Origin: Zancudomyces culisetae HAW-14-8
Lineage: Eukaryota; Fungi; Kickxellomycota
Length of the DNA: 64,000 bases
Direction of reading: 5' to 3'
Assembly (NCBI GenBank): GCA_052426225.1
Contig: JBNJNM010000010.1
Coordinates: 620,001-684,000, forward strand
Under the pieces are notes generated by a model. It was given only the letters and a program-made list of their open reading frames with translations, had not been told where the DNA came from and did not search any database. Both the position numbers and the translations under genes were made by a program. Of this stretch, positions 48,074-59,473 are shown one piece after another. Every line of letters begins with the position of its first letter. Position 1 is the first letter of the stretch.

Positions 48074-48912
48074 GTCGCAATAAGCCGAATTTCATTATAA
48101 ATTCGAATAGTGTACGAGAAATTTCGCTGTACACTTATCACGGAATGTCAATTTTTATAATTTTTATTGTCATTTAAATTTTTTTGTTAAAATTGATTTC
48201 GACTCAGCATGAAATATATTCTACATGCTGAGTCCATTCAATAATAATGATTCTAGTACGAAATATGTTTTCATACTGAACATCAAATAATTTTAATGAT
48301 TATGTGTTCCACACATAATCGTAATTGCACGTATGCTGCAATTATGAAACAAAACTATTAGTATACTTAACAGAATGTTAATAGTTTATAAGTACTTTAT
48401 TTTATTGATAAACTAGTTTAGCATATAAGTTTTTAATCATATATATAATTGAAAGAGTAGTTTATTAGAAAACCTCATCCATGTCCTACATACGGATTAA
48501 TTAATAAACTCAGTTTAAATAAAGATAATTCAAATCAACTTAAAGTAAAATAATCATAATGATTAACTATTTGTTTAACACAGGTGTGAGAGAGTCTAGG
48601 AGAGATTCGTCAACCACCTCCAACAGTACTAGGGGCAGTAGCATGGACCAGGATATCGGGACACTCAGTCCTCGAACCCTTGGGGAACTGACGGAAAGCG
48701 TCCGACAGATCCAGATCCGTAGAAGCCCGGAAAGCATGTCGGTAGATACACCATCTCCGACGGGATATAGGGATAGTGTCTCATCCGAGAACATCCTAAT
48801 GAACATTCAGTTACACAAGAGGAGTGTAACGGAGACCACAGAACAAGCTTCTACAAGCTTGGCACGTGGTGAGGGCGCGAGTGGGATTACCGAAAGATCA
48901 CACTCAGCGACA
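48073..48912 (+). mobile_element. ORF-bearing LTR-like unit, copy 2
   Basis: (A)GTCGCAAT...TCAGCGACA; ORF 48559 is homologous to copy 1 and crosses the right terminus. Confidence 0.7.
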
Positions 48913-48926
48913 CATGCTCTTGTTGA

Positions 48927-49773
48927 TGTCGGAATAATCATAATTCGCGAAATCATGATTATTATGTTTATCACGTGTCATACCAGTTCGGGTATGACCA
49001 CTTGATGAAGATGCATCACTACCCCGTAGTGTGATGTGCATAATAGGGTGCTCGGGTGAGTTGTTTCCCCTATACAATGTCGGTGAGATGCTGCTCACGG
49101 ACATTGGTTGTGGGCTCCTACGGATTTGGAGTTGACGGACACTTTCTGTCAACTCCCCAAGAGTCCGAGGGCTTAGAACCCCAGTCTTTTGGTCCATGCT
49201 ACAAGCCGTACTCAGACTGGAGCTAGTTTCTGTATCCCACTTGGATTCGCTTTTACTATAAAAGAAATAGTTCATTTTTAGTTATTGGTTATTATAAATA
49301 ATATTCTGAAGTCCGTTAGATTGTGTTTAAATAATTATAATATTTATTCCGTAGAGTAGAATATGGATGAGGTTTTTCCATTTCCCTCTTCTTGTTCCTT
49401 AAATATAAATTTCTATTAAACTGCTACTATCTTCAAAACGTTTAATGTACTATTAGTAATGTACTATAAGAACTATTATGACTTGAAACTAAAATTACTC
49501 TACATTTTATACTTATGTAATGAATGTTGAATTAGGTGTTGGGAACGCCTAATAATTTTTATTTAATTTAGGATATAATATGAAGACATTTTTCATACTA
49601 AATTCTATCATTATTGAGTCGACTCAGTATGTAGAATTAATTTCATACTGTGTCGCTCATTATCCAAATTGAATTTCATACAGATACAAAAATATAATTT
49701 TTATTCTGCGATGAGTATACTTCAATTTGTACTTCAATTGTACTCAAGTGTACAATTACTCACTCATGCGAAA
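48927..49773 (-). mobile_element. ORF-bearing LTR-like unit, copy 3 (inverted)
   Basis: Minus strand T(T)TCGCATGAG...TTCCGACA; ORF from 49275 is homologous to copies 1 and 2. Confidence 0.7.
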
Positions 49774-51428
49774 ATGATTTCAATCTAATTAAATTATAAC
49801 TGGCTTTACTATAGGGGTGGTATCACTAGACTGGGTTTAATTTTTTTAACTAGTTACCTTCTTTCTAGTTATCATTAAACGGCACCGGAACATTAATTTG
49901 GGTCAAAAATTGACAATTTATTTTGATTCAAAATTAATTTCTTAAATACAAATTTTTACTAGAAATTTTAATAATAATACTAGCATATAATATAAATAAT
50001 ATGTTAACTTAATTTTAGATTAAACGTGTTATAATATTAGTTTGCAGAAAATTTCTCAGGAAATTTCCGCACTAAACCTAAAAAAGTTCAGCTAATAGAT
50101 GGGGATTGTTACTGGAGAAAGTTTTACTTTATTTAACCAGTCAACCCTACCTTTTTAGCTTATATTTAATTTAGTTTTATGTATTTGTGGAAAAGTGAAT
50201 TTAATTGATTTTCACTGTCAATTCGAAAAACGCAGAAAACTTCAACTAAAATTAACGCCAAAAATTCGATGTCAAATATAGTATAAAGATGTCATATTTT
50301 TAATGTTTTATTCGGTAAATACTTTATTAAAAGTTAATAGTTTATTTTTAAAGAGCTTTGGAACTTTCTATATATGAAACGGGGGAGGACAAAGCAATGA
50401 AAAGAACAAGAACAGATTTTTCGTTTTATTCAAAAAAAAAGTCAAATAAAGCTATTTCCAAAAAAAAACTAAGTACACAAATACTGAAAATATACACAGG
50501 ATTTGGAACACGCTAATACATACCCAAAAAGAGGATTGTTAGCGGGGCTTACCAAATTACTTAGTCGTTAAAACAGTCATTAATATATTAGTTTTTCTTA
50601 CAAGTTTTAAAAACACTTTAGGATAATTTTTCAAAATAAACAAATTTTTACTAAACTCTTATTCCAATTTTAAAAGAAAAAATTAAACAATACGTACCCT
50701 ACTTTTGCTAAAAGCCGGGATGAACAAAAACAGTCCAGCAAAAGGAAGAACCAACAACGCAACATATTTATTAATTCAATAAATGCGATAAAACTGGGTA
50801 AAATTACGCCCAACTCCTAAAATTTGGTGTGAAAAACAATTAATTTTGGTCCAAAAATTAGACTCTGATACCTTTCTGATACCCTTTGAAAATTGTGTTA
50901 CGCTTCACTACCTATGTTTTTTTTTGGTTTTAGGTAGGTTTTTGCTCAAATCACATATTTCAATTTTATAGAGTAAAATCAGGTATTTTAGAGCTAATTT
51001 GTATTTTATTTAATGAATAACTTTTAAAGACAAAAAGATAAAACCACCAAACTTGTGGTGGGGTTACTAGTAATATACTAGTACCTGACTAGCTATTTTA
51101 TTAGAACTTTATATAATAGAAACTTAAAATAAAATAATCAAAACTTAATATTGACTCACTTTTTGGGTGATAATTTCACCCTAGTAATCCCAGATTACTA
51201 GTTCGAACACCCGAGATAACGGTGGTTATTCGGTGTTTGAGAAGCTGTATGCTGTTCACCCAATAGTTTAGCTTGGGTAGAACTAAGCTGTCAGAATCGC
51301 ATTATTTACCCATAAGTTTTAATATTAATTTTTAATTTTATAATTACCTTGAATCATAACTTGGGAACATTACGTTTCTCAACTTAAATAAATTAGATTC
51401 CTGACATAACATACAAATGTATAGTTGT
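49774..51428. repeat. Mosaic of decayed LTR-like fragments
   Basis: TGTTA starts at 50027 and 50896, ATAACA end at 51411, many short palindromes; 51300-51390 recurs inverted at about 60220-60312. Confidence 0.4.
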
Positions 51429-51557
51429 TGTCGCATGAGTGAGTAATTGTACACTTGAGTACAATTGAAGTACTAATTGAAGTACACTCATCGAGAAATT
51501 ATAATATATTTTTGTATCAGTATGAAATACAATTTGGAAAATGAGCGACACAGTATG
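51429..51557 (+). repeat. 5' fragment of the copy-3 LTR type
   Basis: TGTCGCATGAGTGAGTAATTGTACACTTGAGTACAATTG matches the reverse complement of 49640-49773. Confidence 0.8.
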
Positions 51558-52100
51558 TTATGAATAGAACGTAGTTCATTAGTAAATTATTATTCTATTT
51601 TAGTTAAATTAATAAGAGAATTCCATTTAGGTAAGTTACATAAATTGTTTTAGGTAATCATGAAATTAATTATTAACTAATCAATTGATAGTAACTGTTA
51701 AGATTTTACATTAACCATAACAACTTAATGTTGTACTAAACACCAAAATTGAAAATCATGAAATACTCAAGGGTCAAACTCCTTGAATGTTATCAAAAAA
51801 GAAATTATTATTTCTTCGATAAACAAGGTCTTGCGACCTTGGTTTTTTTCATGAAATTTTCGCTGACGAAAAAGTATATAAACCCACGAAATACGTTGTA
51901 GAAATCGTCAGTGAAAAATATTCTCTTTAGTTTAATATGTTTATAACTTTATAATCCAAGTTATACAAAAATATTATATTAAACCAAGTTATAAAAGTCA
52001 TAATATTTAGTTGGTTAAGACTTCAAAACTTATTGTATAAAAATAAATATATACTATAAAATCAACCTAGGATCTTCAATTGTATGTTCGCTATACGACA
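51556..52100 (+). mobile_element. Probable solo LTR
   Basis: TGTTATG...TATACGACA; its 3' end AAAATCAACCTAGGATCTTC...CGCTATACGA recurs at about 60647-60688 and inverted at about 55037-55080. Confidence 0.55.
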
Positions 52101-52277
52101 GTAACCATGAATGTTATCCCTAAAAATATACTATATGGTTGATTTCCAGATTGATTTAAAGGTAGTATTACTACAGCAAAAATTACATTTTGATTATTTT
52201 GATTTAGTTTTATTATACTAATAACTCAAATAATTGTATATAAATGTTATTATTTTCTTTAATATAATTTAATGTAC

Positions 52278-53995
52278 TGTCGCATATTCCTGGGTTTTAG
52301 TACCAAAAACCCTGGGAAAGCGAATTTATTTAAACAACAATATGAAAAATTACAGACAATGAAATAAGAAAGAGTAAAAATTAAATAATGAACAAAACAA
52401 TGATTTTAAATGATAAAATCATTTTGATTGTAATAATGATCAAAAATTACAAGAAAAAAAAAAAAAACAATAAAAATGAAAATAATGAAAAAATCAAATT
52501 AAATAATTTACTATATACTAATATTAAATCATTAAAATACTAATAAAACAAATCAAAAGAAAAAGGAAACAAATATGATAGTAAGGAATTGATATCATAT
52601 TAAACAGAATAAGAATTTATAACAAACAAGAATAATATAATAGCAATAAAGACAACTGAAATCAAATAACGGAATATGAAGAATTGCACTAACAATATCA
52701 TTACAAACATTAGTAGCAAGTTGTATTACAACGTTAACTTAGTTTTAATAACCGTTATTAGTAAATTTTAAATGTATAAAAAGACAAGCAAAAACGCTAT
52801 CTTTTGACACAGTTGTTCCCTTACACTAAGTAAGCATTAAATACTAAATAAAGAATATTAAAACACAATTTAATATTGGGCAATTTAGGGCTGAATCTTG
52901 TCAGCTTCTCTAGGCAAAACCGTGAATCACCAGATACAAAAATCAAACAGATAATAGTATTTATTAAGAGAATAAATAGCTATAATTTTAATTAATCAAC
53001 AGGTCATCTATTTAATATTTAAGGAAAACTAAGATTAAGAAAACCATCATGTACCACACATCCGGATCTAAGCAGGGCAGATACTCGGAGGCCCAGTACT
53101 TCTCAGCCCCGAGTGATGAATCCTCATCCCAGGATTCAGACAGTCCCCACCTGAGCTCAGTATCCCCGTTATCAGTCCGGTCACGTGACTCGATAACTGG
53201 ATTGAGTTATCAGATGCATCTCAATCTACATCTGGAAGATCCATGGAGTTCTGGGGCTTCGGATGCGTCCTCTCCCGCACCCCAGAACACTCGTCATGGC
53301 GTCAGCGACAGGATAACTGAAAACATCAGTTGTCCAGAGATCATCTACAAAGAACGTAGTGAACCTGTACAGTTGTTAAAGTCACCAACAACTGCCGAGC
53401 GTGAATATTATCATCGGAAACCAAGAAGATGAGACCATCACTCTCGAAGGAATCAGCCCCAGAAGGAAATAACTCACCCATACGTGCTTGGAGCAGTGTG
53501 GTAAGTTATGCAATGCCCACGATTAGAACGTTATCCAACGTTCTACAAGAAAAGTTAGAGGTACTCCAGACAGGAATAATCTCCAAAAAGAAAGAACCAA
53601 AACCAACCCAAGACGTAGAAGTTGATACTACCTCAGATAAACCAGTTTTCCACCCATCACTAGCTACTCCAGAAACCAAAGGCATTACCAAAGTAACCCG
53701 TATCCGTTTCAAGATACAGTGATCATAGGTGAAACCCCTAACACCAAACTTTGGGAAGTAAATGCTCAAGCATTAGAAGCTAAATTAGCAGACCCATACA
53801 AAGTAGCACGATAAGTTGGACTTATCCAAGACCACCCACTTTCAATAATGATTGGGAAGATGACCCTGTAGAATTTGTTTCTCTATTTAATAAACATATG
53901 ACTCAATATGCGGTGGGGATGACCGCGGAAGACCTAGTGAATGTAATGCGTTCATTCGTAGGACCAAAAGCCCTAAAAGACTTTGATAGCTTAGC
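52278..53995 (+). mobile_element. Truncated LTR retrotransposon G: putative 5' LTR 52278-53310 plus decayed gag 53049-53995
   Basis: TGTCGCAT...TCAGCGACA; TATAAAA at 52775; ORF starts inside the LTR; downstream YPRPPTFNNDWEDDPVEFVSLF resembles a gypsy Gag PxFxG..DP..F segment. Confidence 0.65.
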
Positions 53996-54370
53996 TGTCA
54001 TGAACCGATTCTATTCCGCAGTAATGTTTAGAATGTTTCTCAACATTCTAGAACATTACCGAAAATTCACATTATTTCTTAATTTTTCTTACGTAATAAT
54101 TTACACTTGTTTAATTTTATTAGCATTCATATTTGATTTTTGTTTGAAAACTAATCCAATTTGATTAGTAATCAAACACGTTTTTATTTAGCTTTCATTT
54201 TTAGCTATTCCGCAGTTTTCATAGTGATTATGTTCAAAAACCAAGGCTGGAAAAAAGTATAAAAAGGGTACAATTTTCCTGTCTTGGATTCAGTATCTAG
54301 TATCTTGTATACATTCATACAATAAACTTTAATAATAATAAATATACTCTCCAGACTCCAGATCTTGACA
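53996..54370 (+). mobile_element. Solo LTR of the F family (375 bp variant)
   Basis: High identity to the F LTR, lacking about 36 nt near the 5' end; flanks TTAGC/GAGGT do not match. Confidence 0.93.
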
Positions 54371-55036
54371 GAGGTAGTATATAATACTCACTTTTTATCA
54401 AGTAGTTATTTTACTCTAAATTATTATCATAATTCATTTATTAATGTTCTATGGTACTATTTTTTCGAGTAATACAAAATTGTTAAATTTAATGAGATAA
54501 TGATATATAATGCAATAATTTCAAAAAATATACAATTAATCAATTCCAATAAGAATATAAATTATAATAATTATAGTCGTAAATATTTAGTTTTTTGACA
54601 TTAATTAACGATTCTAAAAATATATATATTTATACTTATTACAAAAATAGGTGAGGTATAAGATTATATATTCTATAAATAATTAAACATATAGAAACTC
54701 AAGAAAACAATACAAATACAAAGACATATCTAACTTTGATTATGTAAATACTTAATAATGAGAAATATGCTGAACGAAATTTTTATTCGAAATATCAAAT
54801 TATGAATTTCGTATTATAGAACACTATATATTCCAAAACACTTGAGAATATTTCAAATAGTCATAATACGAAAACTGCTGAAAATATAATTTTATCAAAT
54901 ATATATATTATTAATATGTATATATATACAAAACAACAAAATTGCAAAACGTAATTAATTACAATAAACTCATAATTGAAATGATAAGAAAGTAAAATCA
55001 AATCCAAATTAAAATCAAACCTAATTCGACATATAG

Positions 55037-55225
55037 TCGAATAGTGAGCATCGATGGAAGATTCTAGGTGATTTTATAGTAAATATTTATTTTTATACTG
55101 TATGTTTTTATTTCCTAACCAATTAAATATTATTATAGATCTACAAATAGTTTTTGATACATATATTTTTGGATATATATTTTTTCTATGTTGTAGAAAC
55201 AAAAAGTTTAGTTTATTACATTTGT
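55037..55225 (-). repeat. Decayed LTR 3' part, inverted homologue of about 60500-60688
   Basis: TTTTCTATGTTGTAGAAAC, GATCTACAAATAGTT and GATGGAAGAT.CTAGGT blocks match in reverse complement. Confidence 0.7.
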
Positions 55226-58200
55226 TATATAAGAAAAGTATTTATTGACTCTAATATATAAGTGTACAATATAAAAATTATTTTATAAATTAATATTAAA
55301 AAAAAAGTGCTCTTTCATCAATAATTTCTAGGAAGTTAAGATAAAATACCAATATTGATAATAAATTTATCTAAGATAAATAATTCAAAGCTTTGTAATA
55401 TTTCAGTTTACGACTGACAAGAAATATTATATAACAGTACATGTATGCATACTTATATTAGCTAAATTTTAATCCTAAATTTTATATATCAAATATTAAT
55501 AAACGCTATTTATCTAGTTCTACTCTAGAAAATACCGAAGATAATATAAACTAAACTTTAACTATATAATACCAAATAAAATTAAAATTATCAACAAGTC
55601 AATCTTTTGGATATGCATGAAATTGTTATAAAATTAAATTTTATGAAACATGTCTTCAATTGACAAACTTTTAAATTATTATCAATAATTATCTAAACAT
55701 TTACCGACCTCAACAACAGTATTATATAGGTTTAAAATAATGTTAAAGTTATATTTTTAATAGTATTTTTAACATTTCGTTTCATCATGAAAAGTAAATA
55801 AGCTATACGATTATCATGATGGAACGATAAGTTTTACAACGAGTTTAGTTTCGTATATTTTATTCACTTATATACCAGTTTATTTTTAAACATATTATAT
55901 CCAAGTTGTGATCTTGAAAGAACTTTATTAAAATTATTTAAATAAACTATATTAATTCGTTTGTTAAGACTATATGGTCTAGGTTGGATCACTGCCACCT
56001 TATAACAATAATTTCATTTAACTTAAATTTTATATATTTAATTTACAAATTGAAATCAATTAATTAATTATAATTCATTGTTATAGATGATTAGATAGTT
56101 GATTTAATACTAAATATTTATAATTAAATTCCCTAAACAGCACAATGCAAAAATATCGATATTTCCAATTAAAATAAATTAAAACACATAATAGTGTTTA
56201 TAGATAAAGCAAGTTATTTTGGCTATTCTATATACTAAATATCTATTTAAAATTTTAAGTTATAATTCTACAGATATTTGCCTTATTACAATCTCTATAA
56301 TTCAATATTATTATTTCTTGATTATACTATCTAATATAATAACTAGTATACAGTTAATGTATATTCTTATAAATTCTATTGTAATAATAATTTTAACATA
56401 TATATTCAACTATTATTTGACACGACTTGACACTAAGTACTATTTGCAATTCTTGTTTATAGTATGATACTACTAATATTATGGATGGTAAAGTATGATA
56501 AATCTAAATATTGCTATAGCTAAAAATTATTTGCTTTTTAGTTTTTAATCTATGATACTATAAAACATACTAAAAAACTATAATTGTAACTATATAGTTA
56601 AAAACCAAATATTTTTAAATGTCAACTCCACAGTTAACATTATTTCTATTTATGTATTATCCCAATTAGCGAAAATTGATTATTCATAATATAATAATAT
56701 GTTTGATTAAGTATTAAAGAGTATTATATTATATATTAAACATAATGCTAATTTTAATATATTATATCACATAACTGTATGAATTTACCATACTGTTAAA
56801 ATTATAGTAAAAAAATAATTCGCTAAATCAAATTTTTAAACAAGCATAAATCAGTGGTTAAAGATAAGTATTATATATCACTGAAATGATTACATAATTA
56901 CATCATATTTACACAATTAATTATATATTAACTTTATCACAATTGTAATATGTTTTTTCCGTTCGAATAATCATATAAAATTTATAGATTTTAAAAAACA
57001 TTATTGTTTAGAAATTATATGTTTCTCATGATATAAATTCTAAGTATAAAATTTTATAATTTATTAAAGTATTGTAACATAGTATTTAATTATAAACAAG
57101 ATAATTAATATTTAATATAATATAAATGATATCGATATCTATGTTATAATATCTATTAATAATGTAATTCAATGTATCCTAGTTTAAATTATTTATATTA
57201 ATAATTTGTTAATTCAATATTTATGTCATGAATATTTAAAATATTTCAATCAAAATAGTATCAAAAGTTTATAAGATATTTCTAAAAGGTTCTCTATCAA
57301 TGAATTGCGAAGAGTTTTTAAACTTTTAATTCAGTGATTATTTTTTATAAAATTTTCATTAACATAGTTTCTATCAAACTATGAATATGACTAAAAACTT
57401 TTGAATTACTATTGTGATAACTAATGTTTGTTTAGAGTTTAATGGTTGCGTCACCATTGTTAATTCTGACGTATTCTTTGAATCCAGGTTTCTGAATCAT
57501 TTTCTAGATTATTCATTCCCAATAGGACTGAGAATATTTTTTAAATGAAATTCATAAGAAATGTATTTATACTTAACTTGGTTAAAATAATTATTTTTTG
57601 TACTTAGTTAATTTTTATAGTTCTGTGATTGGTTACACTATCATTTGGTACCTGAATGAATTGAATTGGGGAGTTTATAAACGTGATTTTATTTACAATA
57701 TTTACAATCTTCCTATCATTTCAATATATTATTGAATTACATAACTGAATAATAATCAAATTATTAATATATATTTGAAGCTTAACTCAAATTGGGTAGA
57801 CTCTAAATTTTTGATAATTTAATTTACAAATATTTTGTTTCTACATGATAGAATAAATAGATATCTATATCTTAATTATATAGTATATAGTTGATTATCT
57901 AGTTGATTTAGAAATCAAAAACATTTTAACTTTATTATATAATTGTAAATTTTATTATAATAATCTGATGTATACTCGAAAAATGCCAAAATTTGATTTT
58001 TTGTAACATTTCATGGATTCATAATAATTAGGAGAGATTCAATGTGATACCATTATTAAAGTATAAAGTGTGTTCACAGTTGAGAATTTCTAAAGCTGAT
58101 ATTGTACAATATACATTTGGATGATAAAATTCTTATACGAGAATTAATCCACAATGATACTACATTTGTTAATATATTTCATTAACTATTATGCCTGAAA

Positions 58201-58429
58201 GAATTAGCACTTTACTAATTTATTAGTGTAAAATTTATAAGTTATATTAAATAAAAAATATAACTTATATCGAACTAACGTGATAATTTATATAATATAT
58301 TATATTAAACAAGTTTATCATTAACATGAAACTTAATATCTAAATTAACGTAATCTAAATCTAATAGATTAAACTGATCCCAAAACCAAAAGCTCAAAAC
58401 TAGTCAGCAAAAATATAAAATCAATTTTG

Positions 58430-59473
58430 AAATTTGAAAAGTCCTATGCGCAAACTGCGCAAAGGGGCAACTACCAAGCTGCAAGGGGAGGAAGAGCGGT
58501 GCTCTACCAACAATACTCCGTCCTATACTGGGTCAATGAGAGACCCAATGTAGGTAAATGATTGTATGCAGAACTAGAGATGAGCGAAAATTTGCCATCC
58601 GAACCAGAAGCATTAATGCAAACTATGATGAGCAATGGGGGAGATCTCTGATACCCTAAAAGACTTTGAAGTATCATTCAACCAAGACAGAGAAAGAGTG
58701 TCTTGTTTTTCTGGTTCACAACACTGGAAGAAGCAGAAGAGGCCAGAAAAATTGAGGAAACAATAACAGGAAAGGAGCTAAACCTGTATAACACTTTCCA
58801 ACATTCAGAAAAGACGAAGGTGGTAACTATACCATCCTTTAAGAATGATGAGATACATGGTTTTGTGAAGAATTTATACGAAGAGCTAAGTCAGTATGGT
58901 GAAGATGCAGATATAATGGCACTGAGGGTGCCGAGCAACAACCATTTCTTTGTCAATAGCTTAAAAGTATTGATTAAGATGCACTACTTAGCCATATTGC
59001 CCACCACGTTAGTAGTAAAAGATGAGAAGGTCAATCTTATCTGGGATGAGGCCCCAGCTTCATGCACATACTGCAAGATTGAGGGTCACTGGAAGAGTGA
59101 ATGCCCTGAACTGGCAAATCAAAGGAAAAGAAACAGACCAGACAGGTACAGAGAAATAAAACAAATGATAGCAGAAGGCAAAAACCAGATTGAACAAGAG
59201 AGACAAAAAGAAATGGAAATGAATAAGGAGTTAGGAATGCAGAATGAACTAGAAAACCAACACAAACAAAAAAGACAACAAGAACAGGAAAAAAACCAGA
59301 ATCGGGAAAGGCACCAAAAAAAAGCTAAAATAGAAGCAGATATAGAAGGTGCAAGAGAAAATGAAAACTTTATTGAAGACAATGAGAACCGTATGGATGC
59401 TAGATACGATTCCACAGAAAACATGAAGATCCAAAACAAACAGAATATTCGAAACAAGAAGATATTGTTTTAG
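58430..59473 (+). pseudogene. Non-LTR retrotransposon (L1/Tx1-like) ORF1 remnant
   Basis: KSYAQ N-terminal motif, RRM-like region, CTYCKIEGHWKSEC zinc knuckle, charged tail; upstream part is disrupted. Confidence 0.65.

Noticed and set aside
53996-54164. C-terminal part of ORF 53898-54164 as a real protein
   Set aside because: It is read-through from G gag into the inserted solo LTR.
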